Source: an uncultured delta proteobacterium
GTDB lineage: Bacteria; Desulfobacterota; Syntrophia; Syntrophales; UBA2185
NCBI GenBank assembly: GCA_963729715.1
Contig: CAVSPA010000006.1
Coordinates: 416,001-480,000, forward strand
Reading direction: 5' to 3'
DNA: 64,000 bases
Made by a program: the position numbers and the translations under genes. The notes below the pieces were generated by a model. That model did not search any database. It was not told the origin of the DNA and saw only the letters and a program-made list of their open reading frames with translations. Below, in pieces: positions 39,494-49,098 of this stretch (the stretch's first letter is position 1; every line of letters begins with the position of its first letter).

Positions 39494-40441
39494 TCATTTC
39501 TTTAATTCAGAGATGAGTTTCGGCATCACATCGTAGAGATCGCCGATGATGCCGAAGTCTGCCGCCTTGAATATGGGGGCATTCTCATCCTTATTTATGG
39601 CGGCGATTATCTTGGCATTACGTATGCCGGTAACATGCTGAACCTGGCCGGAAACCCCGATGCCCAGATAGAGATCCGGTTTCACCTGCACGCCGGAAAG
39701 ACCGATGCATAGTTCTTCCGGTAGCCAGTGGAGCTCTTCGGCAATGGGCCTCGTGCAGGCTATTGAACCGTCCACGACATCGGCCAATTGACGGGCAATG
39801 GCCAGGTCTTCCTCCTTCTCCATTCCTCTTCCTACGCAGACAACGACCCGCGCTTCGGAGATGTCTTTCGCCTCCTTTTGTTTCACCTTTCTCTCAATGA
39901 CCTTAATTGTGGAAAATGATGGCGAAGGGAGTTCTCGGACGTTCCCTTGTCGTTCTGTCTCAGGCATCGCTGTCTCATAAGTCCTCGGTGGGATGGTGGC
40001 CATGGCGGGCCGGGCCGAGCAAATCACCTTCTGCAGGGCTGCTCCTCCATATGCCAACCGTTCCATCAGCAACGTTTTGCTCCCTTCATCAAAATCTATC
40101 TCCGTACAACTGCTCACGAGACCTACATTCAGTCGTGCCGCAAGCTGGGCTGCCATATTTTTTCCTCTCGGCGTGGCGGAAAGGAGGATCAGATCGGGGT
40201 CTCCCTTTTTTGCTTCTTTTAAGATAACCGGGATGCAGCTTTCCGTGGGCTGTTCACTGCTAAGCGGGGGAAGAAGCATGACCTCATCCGCTCCATGGCT
40301 GACGCAGTCCTTCGCATGTTCGCGTTCCTGGTAAAGAAGCGCGGCTGCATGCGTTCCCATCTTATCGGCCAACTGTCGGCCAATATTCAAAAGCTCCATC
40401 GATTGCCTGCGGTTTTCCGAAATTATCCAGACTCCTGACAT
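39494..40441 (-). CDS. fixB: ETF alpha subunit, FixB-like
   Basis: RLAYGG, VCVGRG, CTRPIAE, GLSG and KPDLYLGIGVSGQVQH. Confidence 0.88.
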   Translation of the reverse strand: MSGVWIISENRRQSMELLNIGRQLADKMGTHAAALLYQEREHAKDCVSHGADEVMLLPPLSSEQPTESCIPVILKEAKKGDPDLILLSATPRGKNMAAQLAARLNVGLVSSCTEIDFDEGSKTLLMERLAYGGAALQKVICSARPAMATIPPRTYETAMPETERQGNVRELPSPSFSTIKVIERKVKQKEAKDISEARVVVCVGRGMEKEEDLAIARQLADVVDGSIACTRPIAEELHWLPEELCIGLSGVQVKPDLYLGIGVSGQVQHVTGIRNAKIIAAINKDENAPIFKAADFGIIGDLYDVMPKLISELKK

Positions 40442-40451
40442 ATGATCTCCT

Positions 40452-41219
40452 TTAACCGATGACGCCTTTCTTGCGCAATGACCCCACGAACCGGGCTATC
40501 TCTGCGGCGTCTGTCCCAAACCTCTCGCAGCTCCTTTCCATCGCTGAAGCCGTGAGGCTGATGGTCCTAAGCAGGGGCTCACCTACGGGCGGCAGTTCAT
40601 CCTTCGTAATCTTCACAGTCGGCTTCTTTCCCGCCATCAGGGTATCCTTAACACCGGGGATCCTCGGGACATTGATATCGGGGAGAACCGTCACCAGGGC
40701 AGGCAGCGGCGCCGTGATCACTTCAATGCCCTCTTCGACGCGACGCTCCGCGACGAGCTGGTCCTTTCCAAGGGAGAGCTTCTGTACGAAGGAAATGCAG
40801 GGTATCTCGAGTCGTTCTGCCAGGCGGGGGCCGACCTGCTGGGCATAGAGGTCACTCGAACCCTCGCCGCAGAGGATGATGTCATACTGTCCTATTCTAC
40901 TGCGGATAACCTCTGCCAGGATGAGGGCAGTCTGGGAGGAATCCAGATTACCGAAAGAACTGTCGACTATAAAATAGGCCTCGTCGGTCCGACGGGAGAG
41001 GGCATCCTTGACGCCTTTTGCGGCCTCGGGCATACCGACGGTGACGGCGATGGCCTTCCCTCCAAGGGCTTCCTTGAGCCGTACGGCTTCCTCGATGGCA
41101 TTGCGGTCATACTCGCCGATCTTGTAATCTACGGAGGAGAAGTCCAAATCACCGGATGGCCCGCGCCGGATGTAGGCCTCATCGATGACCCATTTGAAAC
41201 AGGCAATAATAGAAAACAT
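40452..41219 (-). CDS. fixA: ETF beta subunit, FixA-like
   Basis: ACFKWVIDE, YDRNAIE and CGEGSSDLYAQQVG (as in enteric FixA/YdiQ). Confidence 0.88.
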   Translation of the reverse strand: MFSIIACFKWVIDEAYIRRGPSGDLDFSSVDYKIGEYDRNAIEEAVRLKEALGGKAIAVTVGMPEAAKGVKDALSRRTDEAYFIVDSSFGNLDSSQTALILAEVIRSRIGQYDIILCGEGSSDLYAQQVGPRLAERLEIPCISFVQKLSLGKDQLVAERRVEEGIEVITAPLPALVTVLPDINVPRIPGVKDTLMAGKKPTVKITKDELPPVGEPLLRTISLTASAMERSCERFGTDAAEIARFVGSLRKKGVIG

Positions 41220-41269
41220 AAACTGACACCCTTATAATATTTTCAAGGCGGGCTTCATATTTCAGAGGC

Positions 41270-42418
41270 TCAGCGGAGCACGGTCCCGGAGATCACCATG
41301 CGCATTGCTTCACTTGTGCCCTCGTATATCTCCGTGATCTTGGCGTCGCGCATCAAACGCTCCACCTTGGCGCCCTTGCAGTAGCCGTATCCGCCATGTA
41401 TCTGGACGGCCTTCACGGTGTGCCGCATGGCTGCTTCCGATGCATAGAGTTTCGCCATCGCCGCTTCCTTACTGAATGGCAGCTTCTGGTCTTTGAGCCA
41501 GGCCGCATGATAGGCAAGGAATCGGGCGGCAGAGAGATCCGTAGCCATGTCCGCTATCATCCAGGCAATGGCTTGGTTGCGTGCTATGGGGGAACCGAAT
41601 TGTATCCTCTCCTTGGAATACCGGATAGACTCGTCGAGGGCCGCCTGGAGGATGCCGATGCATTGGGCGGCGATTCCTATCCGGCCGCCGTCGAAGCCGG
41701 TCATTGCCATCGGAAGACCTGCCCCTTCCTTACCGAGAAGATTATTCTTAGGAACACGGCAGTCCTTGAAGATCAGCTCGGATGTCTGCGACGAACGGAG
41801 GCCCATCTTCTTGAAATGCTCGCCCACCCTGAAACCGGGCGCTTCCCGGGGGACTATGAATGTGCTCATGCCTTTGCGCCCAGCCGCTTTGTCCGTCCAC
41901 GCGAAGACCAGGTATGTGCCCGCAGTGGGGCCATTGGACGTGAAGGTTTTGGTTCCATTGATGACATAATCATTACCGTCTAAAACTGCGGCGGTAGTTA
42001 CGGCCATCACGTCGGTGCCTGCACCGGGCTCGGTCAGGGCGAAAGCCCCTAAATGCCTGCCTTCGGCCATGGGTGTCAGGTAATTCTTCTTCTGCTCTTC
42101 CGTACCGAAGAGATGTATCATCGTGCACACGATGCCGGCATGGGTTGATATGGTAAACCCCGTGGAGGCGCATGACCGGGAAAGTTCTTCCACGACAATG
42201 ATGCTCGTCAAAAAGTCAGCCCCGGCTCCTCCGTACTCCTGCGGAACAGGTATGCCCATCCAGCCCCCAGCGGAGAGTTTTTCAAACAACTCGGCCGGGT
42301 GACGGCTGTTCTCATCGATTTCCGCGGCAATGGGTTCCACGTTCTTCACGCAGAATTCTCGCACATTCTTACGAATCAGTTCTTGTTCCTCAGTAAATTT
42401 GAAATCCATAACATTCAT
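41270..42418 (-). CDS. Acyl-CoA dehydrogenase
   Basis: GAFALTEPGAGTD, KMGLRSS, GGRIGIAAQ and RDAKITEIYEGT. Confidence 0.95.
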   Translation of the reverse strand: MNVMDFKFTEEQELIRKNVREFCVKNVEPIAAEIDENSRHPAELFEKLSAGGWMGIPVPQEYGGAGADFLTSIIVVEELSRSCASTGFTISTHAGIVCTMIHLFGTEEQKKNYLTPMAEGRHLGAFALTEPGAGTDVMAVTTAAVLDGNDYVINGTKTFTSNGPTAGTYLVFAWTDKAAGRKGMSTFIVPREAPGFRVGEHFKKMGLRSSQTSELIFKDCRVPKNNLLGKEGAGLPMAMTGFDGGRIGIAAQCIGILQAALDESIRYSKERIQFGSPIARNQAIAWMIADMATDLSAARFLAYHAAWLKDQKLPFSKEAAMAKLYASEAAMRHTVKAVQIHGGYGYCKGAKVERLMRDAKITEIYEGTSEAMRMVISGTVLR

Positions 42419-42565
42419 CCCCTCGATTTTATTGTCCGGACCATCACCTCGGCCAAGCGGCCCTTTAGCATTGACGTTACGGTAGAGTCTCTCAGCCGCA
42501 ATGACGTGGAATTAAAAAAAATCAACTATACAGTTGGTTTTGCCGTCAGGAAAAATATATCATGC

Positions 42566-42850
42566 CTAACCGAAACGGTACTGCACACCTGTTCCTCCGG
42601 GTGGATAATTCCAATCCAGAATTTCCGTGCCGCAAACGAGACGACAGGTGCCGCACTCGAGACAGCCGTCTATAGTGAGCACGACCTCGCCTTTTTCGTT
42701 CTCGCTGTAGAGGCCGGCAGGACATACGCGGAGAGCCGGCTTCAGGCGCAGGTCTTTTTCCATGCCTTGTCTGATCCTGATGTGGGGTTCGCCGGCCGGC
42801 TTGAACACATCGAGCCCCAGTTTAGCCTTCAAGTCCAGCATCTCTCTCAT
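42566..42850 (-). CDS. fixX: FixX-like ferredoxin
   Basis: PHI, VCPAGLY, GCLECGTCRLVC, W-YP-GG-GV-YRFG. ATGA overlap with the fixC stop. Confidence 0.9.
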   Translation of the reverse strand: MREMLDLKAKLGLDVFKPAGEPHIRIRQGMEKDLRLKPALRVCPAGLYSENEKGEVVLTIDGCLECGTCRLVCGTEILDWNYPPGGTGVQYRFG

Positions 42851-44133
42851 ATCTTCATTACCCCTTTCAGATCCATGAAGAGGGCCCACAATTCGCTGAG
42901 AGTGAAGCTCTTTCTGATGGTCGGGTACAACCTTTCCTTGGGGCCTGCGGGAACGGAGTAGACATCTTTCATGATTTCCCCAATCAGCTCCGGGTAATGG
43001 TTTAAGAACCGCGGATTTCCGAGTACAGCGGGCGTTTCCTGAAAGTTTCTCAAATCAGTGAGAACGAAGCTGTCATCGAGGAGTCTCCTGTACATACTCA
43101 GGGTCTGTGCGTCATAATTTCCTACTTCCTTGGCCTTCATGACGGTCTGGGCGGCGAAGTGGCCTGAAGCCAGGGCAAATTCCATGCCCCTCACTGTGAA
43201 ACCGATGTTCAGTGCGAGCCCGGCAGCGTCGCCCGCAATCAGGATACCGTTTCCGTACAGGTTACCCATGACCTTGAAGCCGCCCTCGGGAATGACATGG
43301 GCCGAATACTCTACGGTGCCGCCGCCGTTGATTAGGGGGGCGATCTCAGGCCGCTTCTTAAATGCGTCCATGAGCGCAGGCACTTCGATGGGAAGGGTGT
43401 CTCTTGTAGCATCCTCCATGCCGATGACAATGCCCAAACTGACACTGTCCCTGTTCGTGTAGAGAAAACCCCCGCCGAATTTTCCCAGGGTTACTTCTCC
43501 CACAAAGAGGCGCGCCGCACCCTCGTCGCCTTCCAGATTGAAACGTTCATTGATAACCCCGGAATCGAGGGCGATGACTTCTTTGATTCCGAGGGCGAAG
43601 TTGCCGGGCGCCACGGGCGCGCGCAGGCCCGCTTTTTCGGAAACGATGGATAATACGCCGTCACAGGCAAGCACAACGTCGGCGCGCAGTTCATCGGCGC
43701 CTGCAAGGACACCAACGATTATTCCATCGTCCTTGATGACATCGTCGACTCTGATCTTGGATAAAATGGCGACCCCTTTTTCTTCCGCCCGTTCCGAGAG
43801 CCACTTGTCGAACTTCGACCGCAGGATACTATAGCTCTGGTGGGGTTCATCCGTGAGCTCATTGCCGGTATAGTGCAGGGTTACCGAGCGATCTTTTGCC
43901 ATGATTGATATTCCTTCATGGGCTATGAAGCGCTCGAGGGGGGCGTTTTCGAAGAGGCCGGGAAACAGCTTGCGAACGGGATTCAAGTAAAGACGGCCAC
44001 CCGTCATGTTCTTTGCACCGGGATAGTCACCCCGTTCCAGAACCAGCACCTCAAGACCGCTCCCTGCAAGCGTATACGCCGCACCGAGGCCGGCCAGTCC
44101 AGCGCCTACTATGATCACATCGAACTTATCCAT
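42847..44133 (-). CDS. fixC: FixC-like FAD oxidoreductase (ETF-quinone oxidoreductase)
   Basis: GAGLAG, ERGDYPGAKNMTGG, GGGFLYTN, EYSAHVIPEGG and GDAAG. Confidence 0.92.
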   Translation of the reverse strand: MDKFDVIIVGAGLAGLGAAYTLAGSGLEVLVLERGDYPGAKNMTGGRLYLNPVRKLFPGLFENAPLERFIAHEGISIMAKDRSVTLHYTGNELTDEPHQSYSILRSKFDKWLSERAEEKGVAILSKIRVDDVIKDDGIIVGVLAGADELRADVVLACDGVLSIVSEKAGLRAPVAPGNFALGIKEVIALDSGVINERFNLEGDEGAARLFVGEVTLGKFGGGFLYTNRDSVSLGIVIGMEDATRDTLPIEVPALMDAFKKRPEIAPLINGGGTVEYSAHVIPEGGFKVMGNLYGNGILIAGDAAGLALNIGFTVRGMEFALASGHFAAQTVMKAKEVGNYDAQTLSMYRRLLDDSFVLTDLRNFQETPAVLGNPRFLNHYPELIGEIMKDVYSVPAGPKERLYPTIRKSFTLSELWALFMDLKGVMKI

Positions 44134-44194
44134 TTTCCTGATGTCTCTCTGGGATTTTTGTATGACGTTCTCTCAGTCACCTTTTTAAAAGGTA

Positions 44195-44767
44195 TCAGAG
44201 CGATGAGATACGTTCGAGGTCCTTTCTGGTGTTGACATTTATGAATATCTGCCCTTCCGGATCAAAGGGTTTGATATCCTCTTTGGGGATCACCATGGTT
44301 CTTAATCCTTTGTAAAAACCAGTGACCTTCAGGTTGTCCGTATCCATAAGTTTCTTGATAGGATTAAGGCATCTCTTCGAATAAATGGCATGGAGGGGCT
44401 GGAGACCGTCAGAAGGTTCCGGCACCACGATGTCATATCTGTCTGTGCATTTAACCATATGCTCGATGAAGGACCTGTTTAAGAAGGGCATATCGCAGGC
44501 GGAAACAAAGACATGATCGAAGGAGGCATAAAAAATTCCTGTATAGATGCCTCCCAGCGCACCTTTGTTCTTGAATATATCGGAGACAATCATGCAATCC
44601 TGGTCAAGATATTCTAAGGGGGAATTTGTCACGAGTATCACTTCCTGAAAAATGTCCCTGAACATCGCGGCGGCTCTATCGATCAGCCGCTTACCTTCAA
44701 ACTCGAGAAAAGCCTTGTTCGTTCCCATCCTCGCGCTTTTCCCCCCTGATAAAATTACGCCTGTCAT
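44195..44767 (-). CDS. mobA: Molybdenum cofactor guanylyltransferase
   Basis: ILSGGKSARMGTNKA, GALGGI, ACDMP, PLHAIY and NVNT. ATG 44767 avoids overlap with rubrerythrin. Confidence 0.92.
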   Translation of the reverse strand: MTGVILSGGKSARMGTNKAFLEFEGKRLIDRAAAMFRDIFQEVILVTNSPLEYLDQDCMIVSDIFKNKGALGGIYTGIFYASFDHVFVSACDMPFLNRSFIEHMVKCTDRYDIVVPEPSDGLQPLHAIYSKRCLNPIKKLMDTDNLKVTGFYKGLRTMVIPKEDIKPFDPEGQIFINVNTRKDLERISSL

Positions 44768-44786
44768 AGAACTTGTGCATTCCCGG

Positions 44787-45365
44787 TTAATAATTTTCCG
44801 CCAATACTTCGTAGTATGATTGCGGATGTTTGCACGCCGGACATTGGGCCGGTGCTTCTGTTCCTTCGAAGATGTAGCCGCAGTTTGTGCAGTGCCATTT
44901 TGCAGGCGTTCTCTTCTTAAATACTTCTTTGTTCTCAATGTTCTTTATAAGCTTTCTGTATCTCCCTTCATGAAACATTTCCACCTTCGCGATTTCGGCA
45001 AAGGAGTTCGCGATCTCAGGGAACCCTTCAACTCTCGCGATCTCTTCAAAGTCCCGATAGAGGGTAGACCACTCCAGTTTCTCACCGGATGCCGCCGCCA
45101 TGAGGTTACCCTTGGTGTCTGCTATGACGCCGGTAGGATAGGAGGCAGTGATCTCCACATCACCTCCCTCGAGATACTTGAAAAATACCTTGGCGTGTTC
45201 CTTTTCGTTTTCCGCCGTTTCCAAAAAAATGTGCGCAATTTGTTCGAAACACTCTTTTCGGGCGGCGCTCGCGAAATAGGTATATCTGTTTCTTGCCTGT
45301 GACTCACCGGCGAAGGCCGCCAGGAGGTTCTTTTCTGTCCTTGATCCTTTAATTGGCTTTCCCAT
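44787..45365 (-). CDS. rbr: Rubrerythrin
   Basis: AFAGESQARNRY, NEKEHA and EMFHE diiron motifs, then CTNCG..CPAC rubredoxin domain. Confidence 0.97.
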   Translation of the reverse strand: MGKPIKGSRTEKNLLAAFAGESQARNRYTYFASAARKECFEQIAHIFLETAENEKEHAKVFFKYLEGGDVEITASYPTGVIADTKGNLMAAASGEKLEWSTLYRDFEEIARVEGFPEIANSFAEIAKVEMFHEGRYRKLIKNIENKEVFKKRTPAKWHCTNCGYIFEGTEAPAQCPACKHPQSYYEVLAENY

Positions 45366-45599
45366 GTTGCTCAAATTCCTCCCTTTATCTATTCATAGCA
45401 TTACAAATAGCGCGTATTTTTTCTACTTGACTGTTCCTTTTAAAGCAAGACTTTTTTCTTCTCACAAACTCGTCATTTTTCTATCTGCATGGAGGCCCGG
45501 CATAACGAATATACCGATTACTAAGTGGAGAAAAATATCTTGATAAAATTTGCAGCGAATTGTAGGAGTGACATCAAGTGCAAGGATGGGAGGCATCAA

Positions 45600-46898
45600 A
45601 TGTATTGGGACAAAGATATAGAGATAATGGATCGGGAAAGGCTCGCAGCCATACAGCTCGAAAGATTTAAAAAGACGGTAAAAAAGGCACAGAAATCCGT
45701 TTATTATGACAGATTGTTCAAGGGGATGGGCATAGACGCTGATCTTGTTAAATCTCTCGACGACATCAGAAATTTTCCTTTTACCACAAAGGACGATTTG
45801 AGAGCGCAGTGGCCTTATGGCTTTATCGCTGTTCCCAAGGACGAACTCATGAGGATGCATGCATCCTCAGGGACCACTGGCCGGGCCATTGTCGTATTTC
45901 ATACAGCCGCCGACATCCAGACATGGACGGATGTCCTCGCGCGCTGCATATATATGGCAGGTATGAGAAAGACGGATGTCTTCCAGAACATGATGACCTA
46001 CGGCCTTTTTACAGGCGGGCTTGGTTTTCACTACGCCGCCGAAAAGGTGGGCGCCCTGGTAATACCGGCAGGGGCGGGCAACAGCAAGCGTCAGATTCAA
46101 TTGATGCGCGATTTTGATACGACAGCCATCCACATAATTCCGAGCTACGCCCTCCATCTCTCCAAGGTATTTGAGGAATTAAAGGTTGATCCCGTAAGGG
46201 ATACAAAACTTCGGATTGCCTTTCTGGGCGCAGAACCGCACTCCGAAAGGATGAGAAAAAAAATCGAAGAGTATTACGGATTCAAGGCTTACAATTCCTA
46301 CGGCCTTTCGGAAATGAACGGGCCGGGCGTGTCGTTTGAATGTCCGTATCAGGACGGAATGCACATCTGGGAAGACCATTATCTAGTGGAAATCATAGAT
46401 CCAAAAACATTGAAGCCCGTTGCCGACGGCGAAGAGGGAGAACTTGTCATGACTACTCTCCTCCGGGAGGGTATGCCTATCATCAGGTATCGGACGAAGG
46501 ACCTGACGCGCATCGTCCCGGGAACGTGTGCGTGCGGGAGAACTCACCGGAGAATTGAGCGCATCAAAGGTCGGACAGATGACATGATGATTATTAAAGG
46601 GGTCAATATATTCCCGATCCAGATCGAAAAGAAGCTGATGGAGATACCGGGCGTCGGCAATAACTTCGTGATCATACTGGAACGGGAAGGGTATGATGAT
46701 CATATGACCGTAAAAGTGGAAGTGCAAAATGAGGTCTTTACCGGGGATCTGAGGCCTCTCGAAGACCTGAGAAAAAGGGTTGTTGATGAATTGAAAGCGG
46801 ACATTCTCATTACACCGAGAGTGAAACTGGTAGAACCCGGTAGCATACCCGCCACCGAAGGGAAGGCAATCCGGGTCATAGACAACAGAAAAGAATAG
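45600..46898 (+). CDS. paaK: Phenylacetate--CoA ligase family protein
   Basis: HASSGTTG, YGLFTGG, GAEP, YGLSE, RYRTKD and GRTDDM. RBS gggagg before ATG 45600. Confidence 0.92.
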   Translation: MYWDKDIEIMDRERLAAIQLERFKKTVKKAQKSVYYDRLFKGMGIDADLVKSLDDIRNFPFTTKDDLRAQWPYGFIAVPKDELMRMHASSGTTGRAIVVFHTAADIQTWTDVLARCIYMAGMRKTDVFQNMMTYGLFTGGLGFHYAAEKVGALVIPAGAGNSKRQIQLMRDFDTTAIHIIPSYALHLSKVFEELKVDPVRDTKLRIAFLGAEPHSERMRKKIEEYYGFKAYNSYGLSEMNGPGVSFECPYQDGMHIWEDHYLVEIIDPKTLKPVADGEEGELVMTTLLREGMPIIRYRTKDLTRIVPGTCACGRTHRRIERIKGRTDDMMIIKGVNIFPIQIEKKLMEIPGVGNNFVIILEREGYDDHMTVKVEVQNEVFTGDLRPLEDLRKRVVDELKADILITPRVKLVEPGSIPATEGKAIRVIDNRKE

Positions 46899-46949
46899 AT
46901 GGGGGAGGGGCCATTTGCACAGGAATAACCGAATTCGGAGGATACAAAA

Positions 46950-47384
46950 ATGACGCATGGGGATAAAGGAAACTACAAGGCAAAGCATTCACCGGCGAGA
47001 AGATTGGATCAGAGGATCGCCCAGGCTCTAAAGAGAAAAACTGCCGACGGTAAGATTACCTGCGCCGATGCAAATAGCACAGCTGTTGAGTTGGACGTGA
47101 CGATGAAGGAAGTCGGACTCACCATTGATCTCATGGAGATTGAGATAAGCAAATGTCAACTTGGACTTTTCGGTTACAGCCCCCAAAAAATGGTCGTCAA
47201 AGCTGCTGAAGCCGTTCAGGCTGATCTGGAAAAGGCCATACGCGGCGCCCTCGTGAACGACCGCATTCCCTGTGCAACGGCCTGGCGTATTGCTGAAACA
47301 TTCAGCATCCCGAAAATGGCGGTTTCTTCCGCATGTGAGACCTTAAAGATTAAGGTTAAGCCATGCCAACTGGGGGCGTTTTAA
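46950..47384 (+). CDS. Hypothetical protein made of two tandem Cys-containing HTH-like units
   Basis: RBS ggagg. Units ITCADA..CQLGLF and IPCATA..CQLGAF. Confidence 0.8.
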   Translation: MTHGDKGNYKAKHSPARRLDQRIAQALKRKTADGKITCADANSTAVELDVTMKEVGLTIDLMEIEISKCQLGLFGYSPQKMVVKAAEAVQADLEKAIRGALVNDRIPCATAWRIAETFSIPKMAVSSACETLKIKVKPCQLGAF

Positions 47385-47902
47385 TTATTACCTTTCTGTT
47401 CTTCGTACCGTGCGAGCACAAAAAGCATATCCGCCAATCTGTTTAGATATCTGTTGATTTCTGCACTGCGAAGGAGTCCTTCATTCTTGAGGCTGGCGGC
47501 TTTTCTCTCGGCCCTTCTTGTGATGGTTCTTCCCACATCTATCTGGGCAGATACCGGAGTTTCCCCAGGGTAGATAAATTCGTTTTTCAAGGTGATATTT
47601 TTCTGCAGTTCGTCAATGATTTGCTCCAGGCGCTTAATGTCTCCTTCCCCGATCCTGCGCGCGAGCTTTTGAATATCTTCCGGAACGCTGGAAAGTTCCG
47701 CCCCCATGATGAGCAGATCTTTCTGCACGCTCAATATGATGTCTTTAATCTTTTGGTTCTTTGTTGTGGCTCTGGCTACTCCAAGTGCGGAGCTTGCCTC
47801 GTCCAGTACCCCGTAGGTCTCCGGCCTGGGATCATATTTAGGGACCCTCTGCCCGCCTAACAAACTTGTTTCCCCTGCGTCCCCTCTCGTGGAAAATTTC
47901 AT
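47381..47902 (-). CDS. pduO: ATP:cob(I)alamin adenosyltransferase, PduO type
   Basis: TRGDAGETSL, YGVLDE, RTITRRAER and YLNRLAD. Confidence 0.92.
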   Translation of the reverse strand: MKFSTRGDAGETSLLGGQRVPKYDPRPETYGVLDEASSALGVARATTKNQKIKDIILSVQKDLLIMGAELSSVPEDIQKLARRIGEGDIKRLEQIIDELQKNITLKNEFIYPGETPVSAQIDVGRTITRRAERKAASLKNEGLLRSAEINRYLNRLADMLFVLARYEEQKGNN

Positions 47903-48612
47903 TATTTTCTCCTTTCCATGTATCTCGTGACTATTTTTAACACTACGTCAGCATTTCTCCGGGCATGCTGAAGTATTTCCTCCACAGTCAAATCTCTCTC
48001 TCCGAGGCCATTCGCATAGTTGTCCACGGAGCACAAGGACGCATATGAAAGCCCGAGTTCCTGCGCAACGACCGCCTCACTCGCCATAGTCATGCCGACG
48101 AGATCAGCAAACTGGGACATCATCCGGATCTCCGCCTTCGTCTCAAATCTGGGGCCTTGCGTTTGCCAGTATACTCCTCCATTCACGGCATCAATTCCGC
48201 AGTCTCTTGCTGCGGCCATCCAATTTTGCCGGACTTCTTCGGCCAGTCTTGGCGTGATATGGAATGCCTTGCCACCAACCGTGGTGGGCGTTTCCGTAAG
48301 TATGAGGAAGTCGTCCGGTACGACAAATGTACCGGGTGTCAGATTTCTCCTGAGAGATCCCGTAGAATTGACGCTGATGACCTCTTCAATCCCGAGATCC
48401 TTCAACGCCTTGACATTGGCCCGATGGTTAATTAAGTGAGGAAGGATATGCCGCCGCGGGTCTTTACCGTGTCTTGGTATGAATGAGATGGCATCCGAAG
48501 AGAAAACAAGGGCCTTGCCAAATTCAGTTGTCATTACCCTTTCCTCAAGTTTATCGAAGATACCTTTGCCTTGCAGAAGAACTACGCCGGATATGATACC
48601 GAGAGGTGCCAT
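47902..48612 (-). CDS. MTAP-family purine nucleoside phosphorylase
   Basis: FIPRHG, INHRAN, STGSL, GPRFETKAE, VGMT and VDN. ATG 48612 has a GGAG RBS. Confidence 0.9.
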   Translation of the reverse strand: MAPLGIISGVVLLQGKGIFDKLEERVMTTEFGKALVFSSDAISFIPRHGKDPRRHILPHLINHRANVKALKDLGIEEVISVNSTGSLRRNLTPGTFVVPDDFLILTETPTTVGGKAFHITPRLAEEVRQNWMAAARDCGIDAVNGGVYWQTQGPRFETKAEIRMMSQFADLVGMTMASEAVVAQELGLSYASLCSVDNYANGLGERDLTVEEILQHARRNADVVLKIVTRYMERRK

Positions 48613-48651
48613 TTGATTCTCCACGGGGACTCTTGTCATTGGTGACGAGTC

Positions 48652-48680
48652 CTTATACCAGATTCATCGAGGTCTGTCAA
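48652..48680 (-). promoter_or_regulatory. Sigma70-type promoter of the phosphorylase-pduO unit
   Basis: Minus strand TTGACA-N17-TATAAG with an extended -10 TG. Confidence 0.7.
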
Positions 48681-48762
48681 AATGTTGGACAATAATTGCG
48701 TTTGACATCCCTTGCGGCCATATAGTAATAGAGTCACATAAAGTTATCGAGGAGGAGGCAGT

Positions 48763-49095
48763 ATGGCTAAGGATGAATCCATGGTTCAATTTACAGATGC
48801 TAATTTCGAACAGGAGGTGCTCAAATCGGAGAAGCCCGTTCTCGTCGATTTCTGGGCGCCATGGTGCGGTCCTTGCAGGGCCGTCGGGCCTGTTGTCGAA
48901 GACCTTGCAGAGGCATATAAGGGCCGCGTCAAAGTGGGAAAGATAAATATTGATGACAATCCTAAGACAGCTACGACCTATGGTGTAATGAGCATACCGA
49001 CTCTCGTCCTGTTCAACAAGGGTGATATTATGGATAAGCTGATAGGCCTCTCTCCCAAGGAGCGTCTCGAAGGGTTGATTAAAAAGGCTTTGTGA
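48763..49095 (+). CDS. trxA: Thioredoxin
   Basis: DFWAPWCGPC and SIPT, with a strong RBS. Confidence 0.98.
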   Translation: MAKDESMVQFTDANFEQEVLKSEKPVLVDFWAPWCGPCRAVGPVVEDLAEAYKGRVKVGKINIDDNPKTATTYGVMSIPTLVLFNKGDIMDKLIGLSPKERLEGLIKKAL

Positions 49096-49098
49096 ACG

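Noticed and set aside
44768..44938. N-terminal extension of mobA in the ORF track
   Set aside because: It overlaps rubrerythrin, and the family motif begins at ATG 44767.
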